Source: a bacterium (GTDB lineage Bacteria > Margulisbacteria > Marinamargulisbacteria > SXXA01). From it: a stretch of DNA of 64,000 bases. The number at the start of each line of letters is the position of its first letter. Position 1 is the stretch's first letter. Shown here one piece after another: positions 28,035 to 37,890 of this stretch. Position numbers and translations under genes: made by a program. The stretch is from the NCBI GenBank assembly GCA_010028705.1, contig RHAI01000001.1:3104-67103 (forward strand). The letters are read 5' to 3'. A model generated the notes under the pieces. That model was not told the origin of the DNA, did no database searches, and saw only the letters and a program-made list of their open reading frames with translations.

Positions 28035-30649
28035 GGCTGCGTGGCCTTGATCTGAATCTGGATGGAGTCCAGCTCTGCAAGGAGTGCGGCATGCTGATCT
28101 CGAAGTTTATCGACCACGTGTGGCGGCGCTTTCTCAACAAAATTAGGGCGCCCCAGCGTCGCCTCTGTGACGCTAAGTTCCGCCTGAATTCGGTTCTTTT
28201 TCTTGGTCAGTCGGGCGAGTTCTTGGTCAAGGTCAATGAGGCCGGCCAAGGGGACATATAATTGGATGTCGTCAACTACTCCCGCCGCAGACTGGGACGG
28301 CGGCGCATCACGACTCATTTCCGTGTGCCAGTCCGATACCCGCGCCAACTTGCGGATATATTGGAGCGACTGGGACACAATATCACGATCGGCTGCCGAC
28401 GGGATCACCGCAATAACCGATATGTCTTTTCCAGGGGAAATCGATAACTGCTGTCGAATATTTCGGAGCTCGCGAATAATCGAAATCCAACGGTTCGTTT
28501 GGGAATCGAGTTCGGAATCGGTGGCTCCCAGTGTCGGCCATTGCGCCGTGATGAGCATTGACGACTCCATCCCGACAATCTTCTGAGTGGCCACGAGAGT
28601 CTGCCAAATTTCTTCGGTAATAAACGGCATGTAGGGATGGAGTACTTTGAGTGAGCCCAACAGGACATAGATCAAGGTCGGCATCGATTCCGCCTTATGA
28701 ATTTTACTCAGCTCTAAATACCAGTCGCAGTACGTATTCCAAATAAATTCCCACAACAGGTCCGCACCGCGTGCAAAATTAGTCGTTGATGTGCACTGCT
28801 CCAAGTCACGGATTAATCCGTTAAACTGGCTCAGTATCCAACGATCCGCCAGAGTCGTCGGGGTTGGAACCTTATAATCGATCGGGGCCTCCATCGCATC
28901 CAATCCCATGATCACAAATCGCGACGCATTCCACACCTTGTTCGCAAAATTCCGACTCGATTCAACCTTTTCTTTACTGTACTTAATATCCTGTCCACCC
29001 AATGTCGCTAAGGATGCCAAGCTGAATCGAAGCGCATCGGCCCCAAATTCCTTCACTAAATCCAAGGGATCGACCGCATTACCAAATGATTTGCTCATTT
29101 TTTTGCCGGTGATATCCCGGACCAATCCGTGGACATATACCTTGCCAAATGGGGACTTTCCGGTGAGGGCCAAGCCCATCGTGATCATTCGTGACACCCA
29201 AAAGGTCAAAATATCATACCCCGTAACTAACATTGTGTTTGGATAGAATCGAGATAGATCAGGGGTATCATCCGGCCAGCCAAACGTCGAAAAGGGCCAT
29301 AGAGCTGACGAAAACCAGGTATCTAACACGTCGGGATCTTGAAAATAGGAATGCCCGTCCGTTGGCGGCGATACCGACACAACAAAATAATCGGGATTAT
29401 TGCGTCGGTACCATACTGGAATCCGATGTCCCCACCAAATCTGTCGGGAAATACACCAATCGCGAATGTTTTCCATCCAGTCGAAATATAATTTTGAAAA
29501 TCGCGGGGGGACAAATTCGATCTCCCCAGTTTTGACAGCGTCAATGGCGGGCGCGGCGAGGGATTTCATATTGACGAACCATTGACGGGACAAATATGGC
29601 TCAACAATCGTCTTACATCGATAGCACGTCCCACGGGATAACGCATGATCCGTGACGGAGACTAACCAACCCGCCGCCGATAAATCCTCGATCAGTTTTT
29701 CCCGACAATCAAATCGATCCAATCCCCGATACTGTGGGGGGACCGCCGTGTTCATGACACCCGTTTCAGTCATGATCAGCAACGGTTCCAACTGATGGCG
29801 TTGACCCATTTCATAATCGTTTAGGTCATGCGCGGGGGTTACCTTTACAGCGCCTGTACCAAATGTAGGATCAATGGCGGCATCCGCGATAATGGGAATC
29901 CGACGACCCGTAAACGGCACCTCGACCGTCTGTCCGATGAATTGAGTGTAACGACTATCATCCGGATGGACGGCCACAGCGACGTCGCCCAACAGTGTTT
30001 CGGGCCGAGTGGTTGCCACAACGATGCCATGAGGCTCACCGTCAGAAAAGGGATACAAAATATTCCAAAGGTGCCCATCCGCGGGTTCATGATTGACCTC
30101 GATATCGGAGAGAGCTGTGGTGCAGCGCGGGCACCAATTAATGATGTAGGCCCCCCGATAAATGTGCCCCTGATTGTAGAGGGTTACAAACGTATGCGCG
30201 ACCGCCGCCGCGCACCCTGAATCCATGGTAAATCGTTCACGACTCCAGTCCACCGAGATCCCCATACGGCGCATTTGGTTAGTGATGGTATGTCCATATT
30301 CATGCTTCCAATCCCATACCTTTTTAACAAATGCCTCCCTCGAAAATGAGTGTCGGGACTGTCCCAGGCTGGCCATAGTCTTTTCAACGACGTTTTGGGT
30401 GGCAATTCCAGCGTGATCCGTTCCTGGAAGCCACTCAACGGCATGCCCCTGCATTCGTTTTTGACGACATACGATATCGATCAAGGTGTGTTCCAGAGCG
30501 TGTCCAATGTGCAAGGTACCAGTGACATTGGGGGGCGGAATAACGATCGAAAAAACATTGGCCGATTCGGTTGGCTCAAAGACGCCAGATTCTTCCCATG
30601 CAGAATAAATACGAGATTCAATTGATTTTGGTGAATAAGTGATGTCCAT
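28028..30649 (-). CDS. valS: Valine--tRNA ligase
   Basis: An 873 aa ORF with the HIGH-type motif (PPPNVTGTLHIGHAL), KMSKS and a C-terminal coiled coil. Confidence 0.9.
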   Translation of the reverse strand: MDITYSPKSIESRIYSAWEESGVFEPTESANVFSIVIPPPNVTGTLHIGHALEHTLIDIVCRQKRMQGHAVEWLPGTDHAGIATQNVVEKTMASLGQSRHSFSREAFVKKVWDWKHEYGHTITNQMRRMGISVDWSRERFTMDSGCAAAVAHTFVTLYNQGHIYRGAYIINWCPRCTTALSDIEVNHEPADGHLWNILYPFSDGEPHGIVVATTRPETLLGDVAVAVHPDDSRYTQFIGQTVEVPFTGRRIPIIADAAIDPTFGTGAVKVTPAHDLNDYEMGQRHQLEPLLIMTETGVMNTAVPPQYRGLDRFDCREKLIEDLSAAGWLVSVTDHALSRGTCYRCKTIVEPYLSRQWFVNMKSLAAPAIDAVKTGEIEFVPPRFSKLYFDWMENIRDWCISRQIWWGHRIPVWYRRNNPDYFVVSVSPPTDGHSYFQDPDVLDTWFSSALWPFSTFGWPDDTPDLSRFYPNTMLVTGYDILTFWVSRMITMGLALTGKSPFGKVYVHGLVRDITGKKMSKSFGNAVDPLDLVKEFGADALRFSLASLATLGGQDIKYSKEKVESSRNFANKVWNASRFVIMGLDAMEAPIDYKVPTPTTLADRWILSQFNGLIRDLEQCTSTTNFARGADLLWEFIWNTYCDWYLELSKIHKAESMPTLIYVLLGSLKVLHPYMPFITEEIWQTLVATQKIVGMESSMLITAQWPTLGATDSELDSQTNRWISIIRELRNIRQQLSISPGKDISVIAVIPSAADRDIVSQSLQYIRKLARVSDWHTEMSRDAPPSQSAAGVVDDIQLYVPLAGLIDLDQELARLTKKKNRIQAELSVTEATLGRPNFVEKAPPHVVDKLRDQHAALLAELDSIQIQIKATQPC

Positions 30650-30816
30650 AATAGGGCTAGAATATCATCCCCACACGAATCTTAGAATCGACGATCACAC
30701 AATTCCCCTCCCGAAGTATAGACAGCCAATTAAATCGTTTTATCCATCGGACAATTTGGGGAAACTGCATCTCAGATTGGGTATGTTTTTTTTGAAAAAT
30801 AGGGCAAAATACGGGG

Positions 30817-31350
30817 ATGAACAAATACGCCCCATCCCGCATTCAAGCTTGGCTTAGTTCACTATTATTCGGAGTTATCGCGATGACCCACCCTAATTTC
30901 CATAAACCCTCAGATGCCGAATTACGCAAACAATTAACTCCAGAACAATATCAAGTCACTCAACACGACGCTACCGAGCGTCCGTTCGCCAATAAATATT
31001 GGAATACCACCACCCCCGGGCTCTATGTTGATGTCGTGTCTGGAGAACCCCTATTTACATCCTTGGATAAATTCGATTCCGGGTGTGGGTGGCCCAGTTT
31101 TTCAAAACCGATCGGTCCTCTGACCGAAAAATCCGATCATAAAATTGGCTATGAGCGAACGGAGGTGCGGAGTAAAGGGGCCGATTCTCACCTCGGACAT
31201 GTATTTCCAGATGGCCCCAAGGATCGTGGGGGGCTTCGCTATTGCATCAACTCCGCCGCACTGCGATTCATCCCGGTGAGTGATCTTGAAGCCGAAGGAT
31301 ATGGCCGTTTCAAGTCATTATTCACCTCAGCCAACTCCCGACCCAAGTGA
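30817..31350 (+). CDS. msrB: Peptide-methionine (R)-S-oxide reductase MsrB
   Basis: The MsrB core reads [18 protein letters not shown]...GCGWPSF...[10 protein letters not shown]. The first ~22 aa are hydrophobic, so either a signal peptide is present or the true start is the internal Met at 30883. Confidence 0.85.
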   Translation: MNKYAPSRIQAWLSSLLFGVIAMTHPNFHKPSDAELRKQLTPEQYQVTQHDATERPFANKYWNTTTPGLYVDVVSGEPLFTSLDKFDSGCGWPSFSKPIGPLTEKSDHKIGYERTEVRSKGADSHLGHVFPDGPKDRGGLRYCINSAALRFIPVSDLEAEGYGRFKSLFTSANSRPK

Positions 31351-32294
31351 CACGCTCCCCGATCATTGCCGTGTCATCGGTCAGTTTTTCCAAAAATGCG
31401 ACGTTACGCTCTGAATTGAGTGCCCAATTTCCAAATTCCCGATTTAATGAATCAGGACGCAATTTATCGACAGACGAATTAATTGCATTTTTTAGTCACG
31501 CGGATGGCATTTTAGTCGGAACCGAGCCAATTAACCGTGAGGTCATTAATGGATCCCCCTCTGTGTCCTGCCTCGCTAAATATGGCGTGGGTCTCGACAA
31601 TGTGGACATCGACTATTGTCGCCAGGCCAATGTTGCCATTGGGTGGACAGGTGGCGTTAATAAATATGCCGTTGCTGAGCTAGTGATCGGATACATGATC
31701 ACCTTATCCCGAAACATGTTTATGAGTGCGAATCAATTGAAGGCAGGGGGGTGGCACAAATTCGGGGGTCGGCAATTATCGGGACTCACCATTGGGATCA
31801 TAGGCCTGGGTCATATCGGTCAAGAATTGGTACGGTTGCTCCAGCCATTTGAGCCCACTATTCTGGCAAACGACATCGCGGATCGCTCGGAATTTGCGAC
31901 AACACACGGCGTTCAGCTCGTGGGATTGAGCACACTGGTATCGCGTTCCGACATCATAACGATACACACCCCATTAACGGCGTTAACTCATCACTTAATT
32001 AACGCCGGGACATTGTCGCTCATGAAGCCAACGGCCATCGTAATCAATACCGCCCGGGGTCCAGTGATTGATCAGGCGGCCCTCACCGAATCCCTCGCGA
32101 ACGGGGTAATTGGTGCGGCAGCGCTCGATGTCTACGCGGTTGAACCAGAAACAGATGCAAGACTATTAGCCCTTCCGAATCTATTCTGCACGCCCCATAT
32201 CGGGGGCAACTCAATCGAGGCGGTGCTCGCAATGGGACGAGAAGCGATTCATCACCTCGTTCAGTTTTTTACAGCACCCAACCTAATGGCATGA
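31347..32294 (+). CDS. D-isomer-specific 2-hydroxyacid dehydrogenase (PGDH/SerA-like)
   Basis: A 315 aa ORF with the NAD-binding motif [12 protein letters not shown] and a catalytic region (ARGPVID...HIGGNS). It overlaps msrB by 4 nt. Confidence 0.75.
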   Translation: MTRSPIIAVSSVSFSKNATLRSELSAQFPNSRFNESGRNLSTDELIAFFSHADGILVGTEPINREVINGSPSVSCLAKYGVGLDNVDIDYCRQANVAIGWTGGVNKYAVAELVIGYMITLSRNMFMSANQLKAGGWHKFGGRQLSGLTIGIIGLGHIGQELVRLLQPFEPTILANDIADRSEFATTHGVQLVGLSTLVSRSDIITIHTPLTALTHHLINAGTLSLMKPTAIVINTARGPVIDQAALTESLANGVIGAAALDVYAVEPETDARLLALPNLFCTPHIGGNSIEAVLAMGREAIHHLVQFFTAPNLMA

Positions 32295-32367
32295 CCGCCC
32301 AGTCACGTATTGTAATGGGTGGGGGCCACTCGGGATGGGTACGAATTAATTCGGATAGCAGGATCCT

Positions 32368-34122
32368 ATGAAATTAGCATCGGGCATGCTGATGTGGAGC
32401 GCCATTATTTACACTCAGATGCGCCCAAGTCAGACTCTACCGATCGGGCACCCGAACAATGCCCCACTCCGCCCCATCCAATCGGACGATTCACTTCCAA
32501 CGCGGCGATTGGCCACAACGACCCTCGATGCACCGTCGGGGACCGCCCACTCGATCGATGAACTCAGTCGGACCCTGTTAGAAATCGTCGATATTGGGGT
32601 TCCATTAACCACCCCAATGTGGGGGGGATGGACCCCCGGAACCCAGGCGGCTGTCGACGGGGACATCCAGCAACTCCACCGCCTAAATCGGCTCGACCCC
32701 GCATCACTCAAGGAATCCGATGTGGAGGGATGGACCCCCGCCACTCGCGCGGCGTCTGTCGGGCAGGTTGAATCGATAATGGCTCTCTTTGAGATTGACC
32801 CACTATTGCTTCGGCAGGTGGATAATTTTCTAGCGACGCCCGCCACACGGGCCGCACATTATGGCCAGACAACCATTTTAGAGACATTGCATCGATTGGA
32901 TCCCGAGTTATTATCGCAAATCGACGCCGGAGGTTGGACTCCCGCCACACGAGCCGTCTTCGACAAGCAGCATGGTGTATTAGAAACGCTATTCCGTTTG
33001 AACCGGACGATATTAACACAACCAAACGGCAAAGGGTGGACTCCCGCCACCTTAGCGGTAGCGTTTGATAAAGGAGATATTGTTAACACATTGTATCGAC
33101 TCGACCCCCAAGCGGTGACGTGTAGCGACGCCAATGGATGGACTCCCGCGATGTGGGCGGCCAACGACGGCAAAGTTGCCGGACTGCGACGACTTCATTC
33201 GCTGCACCCCGAAACCATTACTCGGCCAGATTCCTATGGTCGAACCACGGCAACCCGGGCCGCCGCCAATGGGCATTCCCACGTACTTCAGCTACTTTTC
33301 GAACTCGCACCTGAGATAGTTCGACATCCCGACGTGACCGGTTGGTCCGTCGGGACCATCGCGATACGCCACAACCAAGGCGAGATACTCCAGACACTCC
33401 ACGCCCTAGATCCACGCTTATTATCCCAACCCGATGGCCATCAATTCACGCCACTCACGTTTGCAATTCACGAAAAAAAAATGGAAATGATTACTACCCT
33501 CTACCAGATTAACCCGTCACTGATTGATACGCTAACCCCCGACGGATTGACACCCGTGTCCTTCGATTCACTGCTGGAGTTAATGAACACGACCCATCGA
33601 GGTTGGGGTATCGATCCATGGCTGGCGATATCGCCACTCCTATTAATTAGTCAGGTTACGGTTGGAGTTCTGTCACTGATTTTCATCATCCAGCGTCTCG
33701 GCCGAGGGGGAATCCCAAACGATGCTCAGACGAATCTGTCCTCCGAACCAATCGGCAACGAGTTAGTCGCGGATCAAAGTCATCAGCTGATGACCCAACT
33801 TGCCGAACTTTCGGATAAGGAGTCACTTAATGTCGGCCACGGAATGGTCGCCCGTCGAAACGGAAGCCTCTATGAACTCGACGATGCCACGGGCACCTAT
33901 CAACCCGTAGCGTGCCTTATCTCGCACGACGAACTCACGCTACACACCGCGGTCTTAATTCATCGACCAACGCATCCCAATCACCGGCTCCATCTCGTGA
34001 CGGCCGAAAATCCGTATCAATTTGCTAAGTGTGCGCTCTGTAAGGAACCCACGGCAACTGAGAACTGGCTCCATTACTATTGGGCCACCCGGATCCAAAA
34101 TTCGATTGCCGCGCCCGACTAA
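32368..34122 (+). CDS. Membrane protein with ~10 tandem 34-residue ankyrin-like 'GWTPATxAA' repeats, one TM helix and a conserved Cys/His C-terminal domain (paralog A)
   Basis: A 584 aa ORF. The repeats follow DxxGWTPATRAAxxGxxxxLxxLxxLDPxLLxQxD. A TM helix (ISPLLLISQVTVGVLSLIFII) is followed by a C-terminal domain with HGMVARRNGSLY and CALCKEPTATENWLHYYWATR. This domain is shared with the gene at 37891. Confidence 0.6.
   Translation: MKLASGMLMWSAIIYTQMRPSQTLPIGHPNNAPLRPIQSDDSLPTRRLATTTLDAPSGTAHSIDELSRTLLEIVDIGVPLTTPMWGGWTPGTQAAVDGDIQQLHRLNRLDPASLKESDVEGWTPATRAASVGQVESIMALFEIDPLLLRQVDNFLATPATRAAHYGQTTILETLHRLDPELLSQIDAGGWTPATRAVFDKQHGVLETLFRLNRTILTQPNGKGWTPATLAVAFDKGDIVNTLYRLDPQAVTCSDANGWTPAMWAANDGKVAGLRRLHSLHPETITRPDSYGRTTATRAAANGHSHVLQLLFELAPEIVRHPDVTGWSVGTIAIRHNQGEILQTLHALDPRLLSQPDGHQFTPLTFAIHEKKMEMITTLYQINPSLIDTLTPDGLTPVSFDSLLELMNTTHRGWGIDPWLAISPLLLISQVTVGVLSLIFIIQRLGRGGIPNDAQTNLSSEPIGNELVADQSHQLMTQLAELSDKESLNVGHGMVARRNGSLYELDDATGTYQPVACLISHDELTLHTAVLIHRPTHPNHRLHLVTAENPYQFAKCALCKEPTATENWLHYYWATRIQNSIAAPD
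32650..33630 (+). repeat. In-frame tandem repeats (~102 bp period) encoding the GWTPAT ankyrin-like modules of paralog A
   Basis: The motif recurs at ggatggactcccgccac about every 102 nt. Antisense ORFs with VAGV.P peptides in the ORF track are artefacts of this periodicity. Boundaries are approximate. Confidence 0.6.
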
Positions 34123-34199
34123 CACTCAACGATACGCCAGGGGAATACGACTTCATCCATTGGCCCATCGGAAGTCTGCAGCCCCGTTAGTGCCCCACC

Positions 34200-36761
34200 C
34201 TACACCGTAATCCGCCCCTCACGATAGTCTACAGTGATTGAGGATTGGGGGATTGTTCCCGCCAACAATTTGGCCGCTAACGGATTTTCGATGGTTTGGA
34301 CGATTAATCGCTTCATTGGTCGAGCCCCAAATTCTGGATCAAAACCTGCCAGTGCGAGATACTGAATGGCCGACGGTGTCACGTGAAACGAATACCCTCT
34401 GGCGGCCAACCGATCGGACAAATGCGCCAATTGAATATGTACTATTTTTTCCAAATCGTCGTTGGAAAGCGGATGAAACGACACGATATCATCAATTCGA
34501 TTTAAAAATTCGGGTCGAAACACTTGTTTGAGCGCTGACATCAACTGATGATCGCGTCGATCGGGATCCGACTCGGCGTGTAGAATATGACTGCCAATGT
34601 TCGACGTCATAATTACGATAGTATGTTTAAAATCGACGGTGCGACCCTGACTATCGGTTAAGCGACCGTCGTCCAATACCTGAAGTAATAGGTTGATGAC
34701 ATCCGGATGCGCCTTTTCGATTTCGTCTAGCAACACCACACTGTAAGGACGACGTCGGACAGCCTCGGATAGCTGACCTCCCTCGCCATAGCCCACATAC
34801 CCCGGCGGCGCACCAATTAATCGAGATACCGAATGCTTTTCCATGTATTCCGACATATCGATTCGCACCAGGTGTTTATCGTTATCAAACAAAAACTCAG
34901 CTAAGGCTTTCGCCGTTTCAGTTTTCCCAACGCCGGTCGGGCCAAGAAACAAAAAACTTCCCATCGGTCGATTGGGATCCGCTAATCCCGATCGCGACCG
35001 TCGAATGGCATGGGCAACACGATCAATCGCCTCCAACTGCCCCACCACTCGCTGCGTGAGTCGCTCCTCCGCATGAATCAATTTTTCCTTCTCGGTTTCA
35101 ATCAGTCGAGAGACCGGAATGCCGGTCCATTTGGCTACGATCTCCGCGATATCTTCGTCTTCAACTTGTTCGTTTAACATTTTCTGTGTCGACTGAACCT
35201 CCGCCAGCTGCTGCGTCAACGAATCAATCATTTGGGTCAACTCGGGGACTAACTTAAATCGAATTTCAGATACTTTCTCGTAATTTCCCAATCGCTCTTC
35301 CATTTGTTCTGTGTATCGCGCATCTTCCAACTGTTTTTTGGCCGTTCGAATCGATTGAATCACCGCTTTTTCGCTCATCCAATGGGCCGTCAGCGTCGCG
35401 GATTTTTCTTTTAATTCGGCCAACTGTGCATCAATTTTAGCCAAGGTACTGTTTCCGAGCTCGTCGCCGTCCCGTTTCACCGCCTGACGTTCAATTTCAA
35501 GTTGGAGTATTTTACGGGTAACTTCGTCAATTTCTTGAGGCATGGAATCAATTTCGATGCGCAATTTGGAGGCGGCTTCATCGAGCAAATCAATGGCTTT
35601 GTCTGGCAAAAAACGGTCGCTAATGTACCGATTTGAAAGATTGGCCGCCGCAATCACCGCGTCGTCATGTATTTTTACCCCGTGATGGATTTCGTATTTT
35701 TCCTTAAGCCCTCGCAAAATTGCGATGGTATCTTCAACACTCGGCTCTCCCACATAGGTCTGTTGAAACCGACGTTCCAGGGCCGGGTCTTTTTCAATGT
35801 GGGACCGATATTCATCCAGGGTCGTAGCACCGATGCAACGGAGCTCACCCCGAGCCAGTGCCGGTTTAAGCATATTGGCCGCATCAACGGCCCCCTCAGC
35901 CCCCCCCGCGCCGACCAAGGTGTGGAGTTCATCAATAAACAAGATGACGTCATCTTTCCCCTGCACTTCCGTCAGCAATCCCTTAAGCCGCTCTTCAAAC
36001 TCGCCCCGATATTTGGCACCTGCAATCAGCGCACCCATGTCCAACGACAGGACCCGCTTGCCACGTAATAGTTCGGGAATATCGCCCGACACAATGCGTT
36101 GGGCCAACCCTTCGACAATCGCCGTTTTACCCACTCCCGGTTCTCCGATAAGTACAGGATTGTTTTTTGTGCGGCGGCATAACACTTGAATAACGCGACG
36201 AATCTCATCATCACGGCCAATCACAGGATCCAACTTTCCCTGAGCGGCCCGGTCGACCAAATCAATGGTAAATTTTTTAGACGCATTGAACCGGGCATCG
36301 GGATCCGGACCATCGACTCGCATCGACCCGCGAATCTGCGTTAAGGATTCTTTAATCGCCCGGGGAGAGGCCCCCGCATCCGACAATAACCGCCCCGCCG
36401 CAGACGGATGATCGGCAACCGCCACCAGCAAATGATCGCAACTGACATATTCATCACCCATCGACGACGCGGTGGTTTTAGCCAGTTGCATGATGGTTGT
36501 GAGATGAGAAGATAGGTAAGGAGTATGGCCCCCAGTGACTTTGGGTAATCGACTAATCGCGTCCATCGACAATTTTAAGACGTAATCGGGTGACACCCCA
36601 GTTTTCTGGACCAATTCCGTTGCTAATGACGAACGATCCGATACCAATCCGGCCAATAAATGCACATCCGTTAGTTCTTGATTGGTATGGGCGATGGCCA
36701 ATTCCTGAGCGTTTTGAATGGCTTCCTGCGCCTTAATCGTCAGTTTATCGTTACCGATCAT
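34200..36761 (-). CDS. clpB: ATP-dependent chaperone/disaggregase ClpB
   Basis: An 853 aa ORF with a Clp N-domain, two AAA+ modules ([15 protein letters not shown]; [15 protein letters not shown]) and a long middle-domain coiled coil. Confidence 0.9.
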   Translation of the reverse strand: MIGNDKLTIKAQEAIQNAQELAIAHTNQELTDVHLLAGLVSDRSSLATELVQKTGVSPDYVLKLSMDAISRLPKVTGGHTPYLSSHLTTIMQLAKTTASSMGDEYVSCDHLLVAVADHPSAAGRLLSDAGASPRAIKESLTQIRGSMRVDGPDPDARFNASKKFTIDLVDRAAQGKLDPVIGRDDEIRRVIQVLCRRTKNNPVLIGEPGVGKTAIVEGLAQRIVSGDIPELLRGKRVLSLDMGALIAGAKYRGEFEERLKGLLTEVQGKDDVILFIDELHTLVGAGGAEGAVDAANMLKPALARGELRCIGATTLDEYRSHIEKDPALERRFQQTYVGEPSVEDTIAILRGLKEKYEIHHGVKIHDDAVIAAANLSNRYISDRFLPDKAIDLLDEAASKLRIEIDSMPQEIDEVTRKILQLEIERQAVKRDGDELGNSTLAKIDAQLAELKEKSATLTAHWMSEKAVIQSIRTAKKQLEDARYTEQMEERLGNYEKVSEIRFKLVPELTQMIDSLTQQLAEVQSTQKMLNEQVEDEDIAEIVAKWTGIPVSRLIETEKEKLIHAEERLTQRVVGQLEAIDRVAHAIRRSRSGLADPNRPMGSFLFLGPTGVGKTETAKALAEFLFDNDKHLVRIDMSEYMEKHSVSRLIGAPPGYVGYGEGGQLSEAVRRRPYSVVLLDEIEKAHPDVINLLLQVLDDGRLTDSQGRTVDFKHTIVIMTSNIGSHILHAESDPDRRDHQLMSALKQVFRPEFLNRIDDIVSFHPLSNDDLEKIVHIQLAHLSDRLAARGYSFHVTPSAIQYLALAGFDPEFGARPMKRLIVQTIENPLAAKLLAGTIPQSSITVDYREGRITV

Positions 36762-37111
36762 GGATACACCTCATGTTTAAATTGAAAAGTCGCTAAAACG
36801 ACAGGAGTTACGCGGCACATTGGGTGCCAATCAAAACGGCCAAAAATCGTTCCATAATACTACACTTGGAGGGTGATGCGATATGAATCTGTCGGCATTC
36901 AGTACATCGTGAATCGCCCGTCGTATCGTTCGGGATATCGGTAGGCGTTAGGGCCTTCTGACGAATCGCCGAGTTGTATGTCCGCATACCGTCCTCGACA
37001 ACCGCCCGTACGACTCCGGTCGTCGGTGTCACCCTGCCGTGCGATTGACTCCGTCAATCCGCCCCTACGTGTAATCGTGCACTGGGGATCGCGATGCGCG
37101 GCACCCGACCA

Positions 37112-37675
37112 TTACTTCGGACCCCATTTTTTTTGAATAAATCCGGCGCGACCGGACCCTACTTTGTATCGCTCATAATGGATGGGTTGTTTGCGGTAAT
37201 ACTGTTGATGATAATCTTCAGCTGGATAAAATGTCGCGGCCGGTTTAATGGTAACAACAATCGGTTTTTCAAATTTTCGACTGGCCGCCAACGCTTCTTT
37301 CGACGCAGCCGCCGCGAGACGTTGCTCAGGGCTGTGATAAAAAATGACAGGTCGATATTGAGGGCCTAAATCGGCAAACTGCCCATACTGATCCGTCGGA
37401 TCAACATTTTTCCAGTACACATCTAATAACGCGTTATAGCTTACCCTCGACGGGTCATATTCAACCTGAATTACTTCATAATGTCCGGTTCGACCGGTAC
37501 TGACTTGGTCGTATGTTGGTCGGATTACACTACCGCCCATATACCCTACCGTTGTGTTTACAACGCCTGGAATATGATCATACGGTGACTGCATACACCA
37601 AAAACATCCCCCCGCAAACGTCGCAATCAATAAGGCTTTCACGTACCCATTTAATCGGATGTTCTCGTGAAACAC
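37112..37675 (-). CDS. msrA: Peptide-methionine (S)-S-oxide reductase MsrA
   Basis: A 187 aa ORF with the MsrA active-site motif GGCFWCMQ near the N-terminus, a conserved GYxGG and recycling-Cys context. Confidence 0.85.
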   Translation of the reverse strand: MFHENIRLNGYVKALLIATFAGGCFWCMQSPYDHIPGVVNTTVGYMGGSVIRPTYDQVSTGRTGHYEVIQVEYDPSRVSYNALLDVYWKNVDPTDQYGQFADLGPQYRPVIFYHSPEQRLAAAASKEALAASRKFEKPIVVTIKPAATFYPAEDYHQQYYRKQPIHYERYKVGSGRAGFIQKKWGPK

Positions 37676-37890
37676 AATTTTAAATTCAATAACAACCGAT
37701 CAGGGGAGAACCTCGTGCCGCCCCCGATTACGACTTGTGACGTGACCGATCGCCGATCATTCCACTGCCTTGGCATTTTAATTGAAATTTTTTCGCCCAA
37801 AATTTCGATAATAATTTGAGCCGATTGAATGGAGTGGCCGAATCCCATCGCCACTAGACTTTATTCCATTCGCCCAGGAGTCTGTCCCCA

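Noticed and set aside
32430-33415. Several minus-strand ORFs rich in 'VAGVHP/AGVQP' (32430-32846, 32708-33025, 32859-33173, 33052-33282, 33218-33415)
   Set aside because: They are antisense reading frames generated by the periodic GWTPAT-encoding repeats and have no independent signals. The same applies to 38857-39060, 38862-39050, 39447-39644 and 39748-39933 in paralog B.
36808-37032. 74-aa minus-strand ORF within the clpB upstream region
   Set aside because: It lies in the long leader and promoter region and has no SD or recognisable motif, so it is likely spurious.
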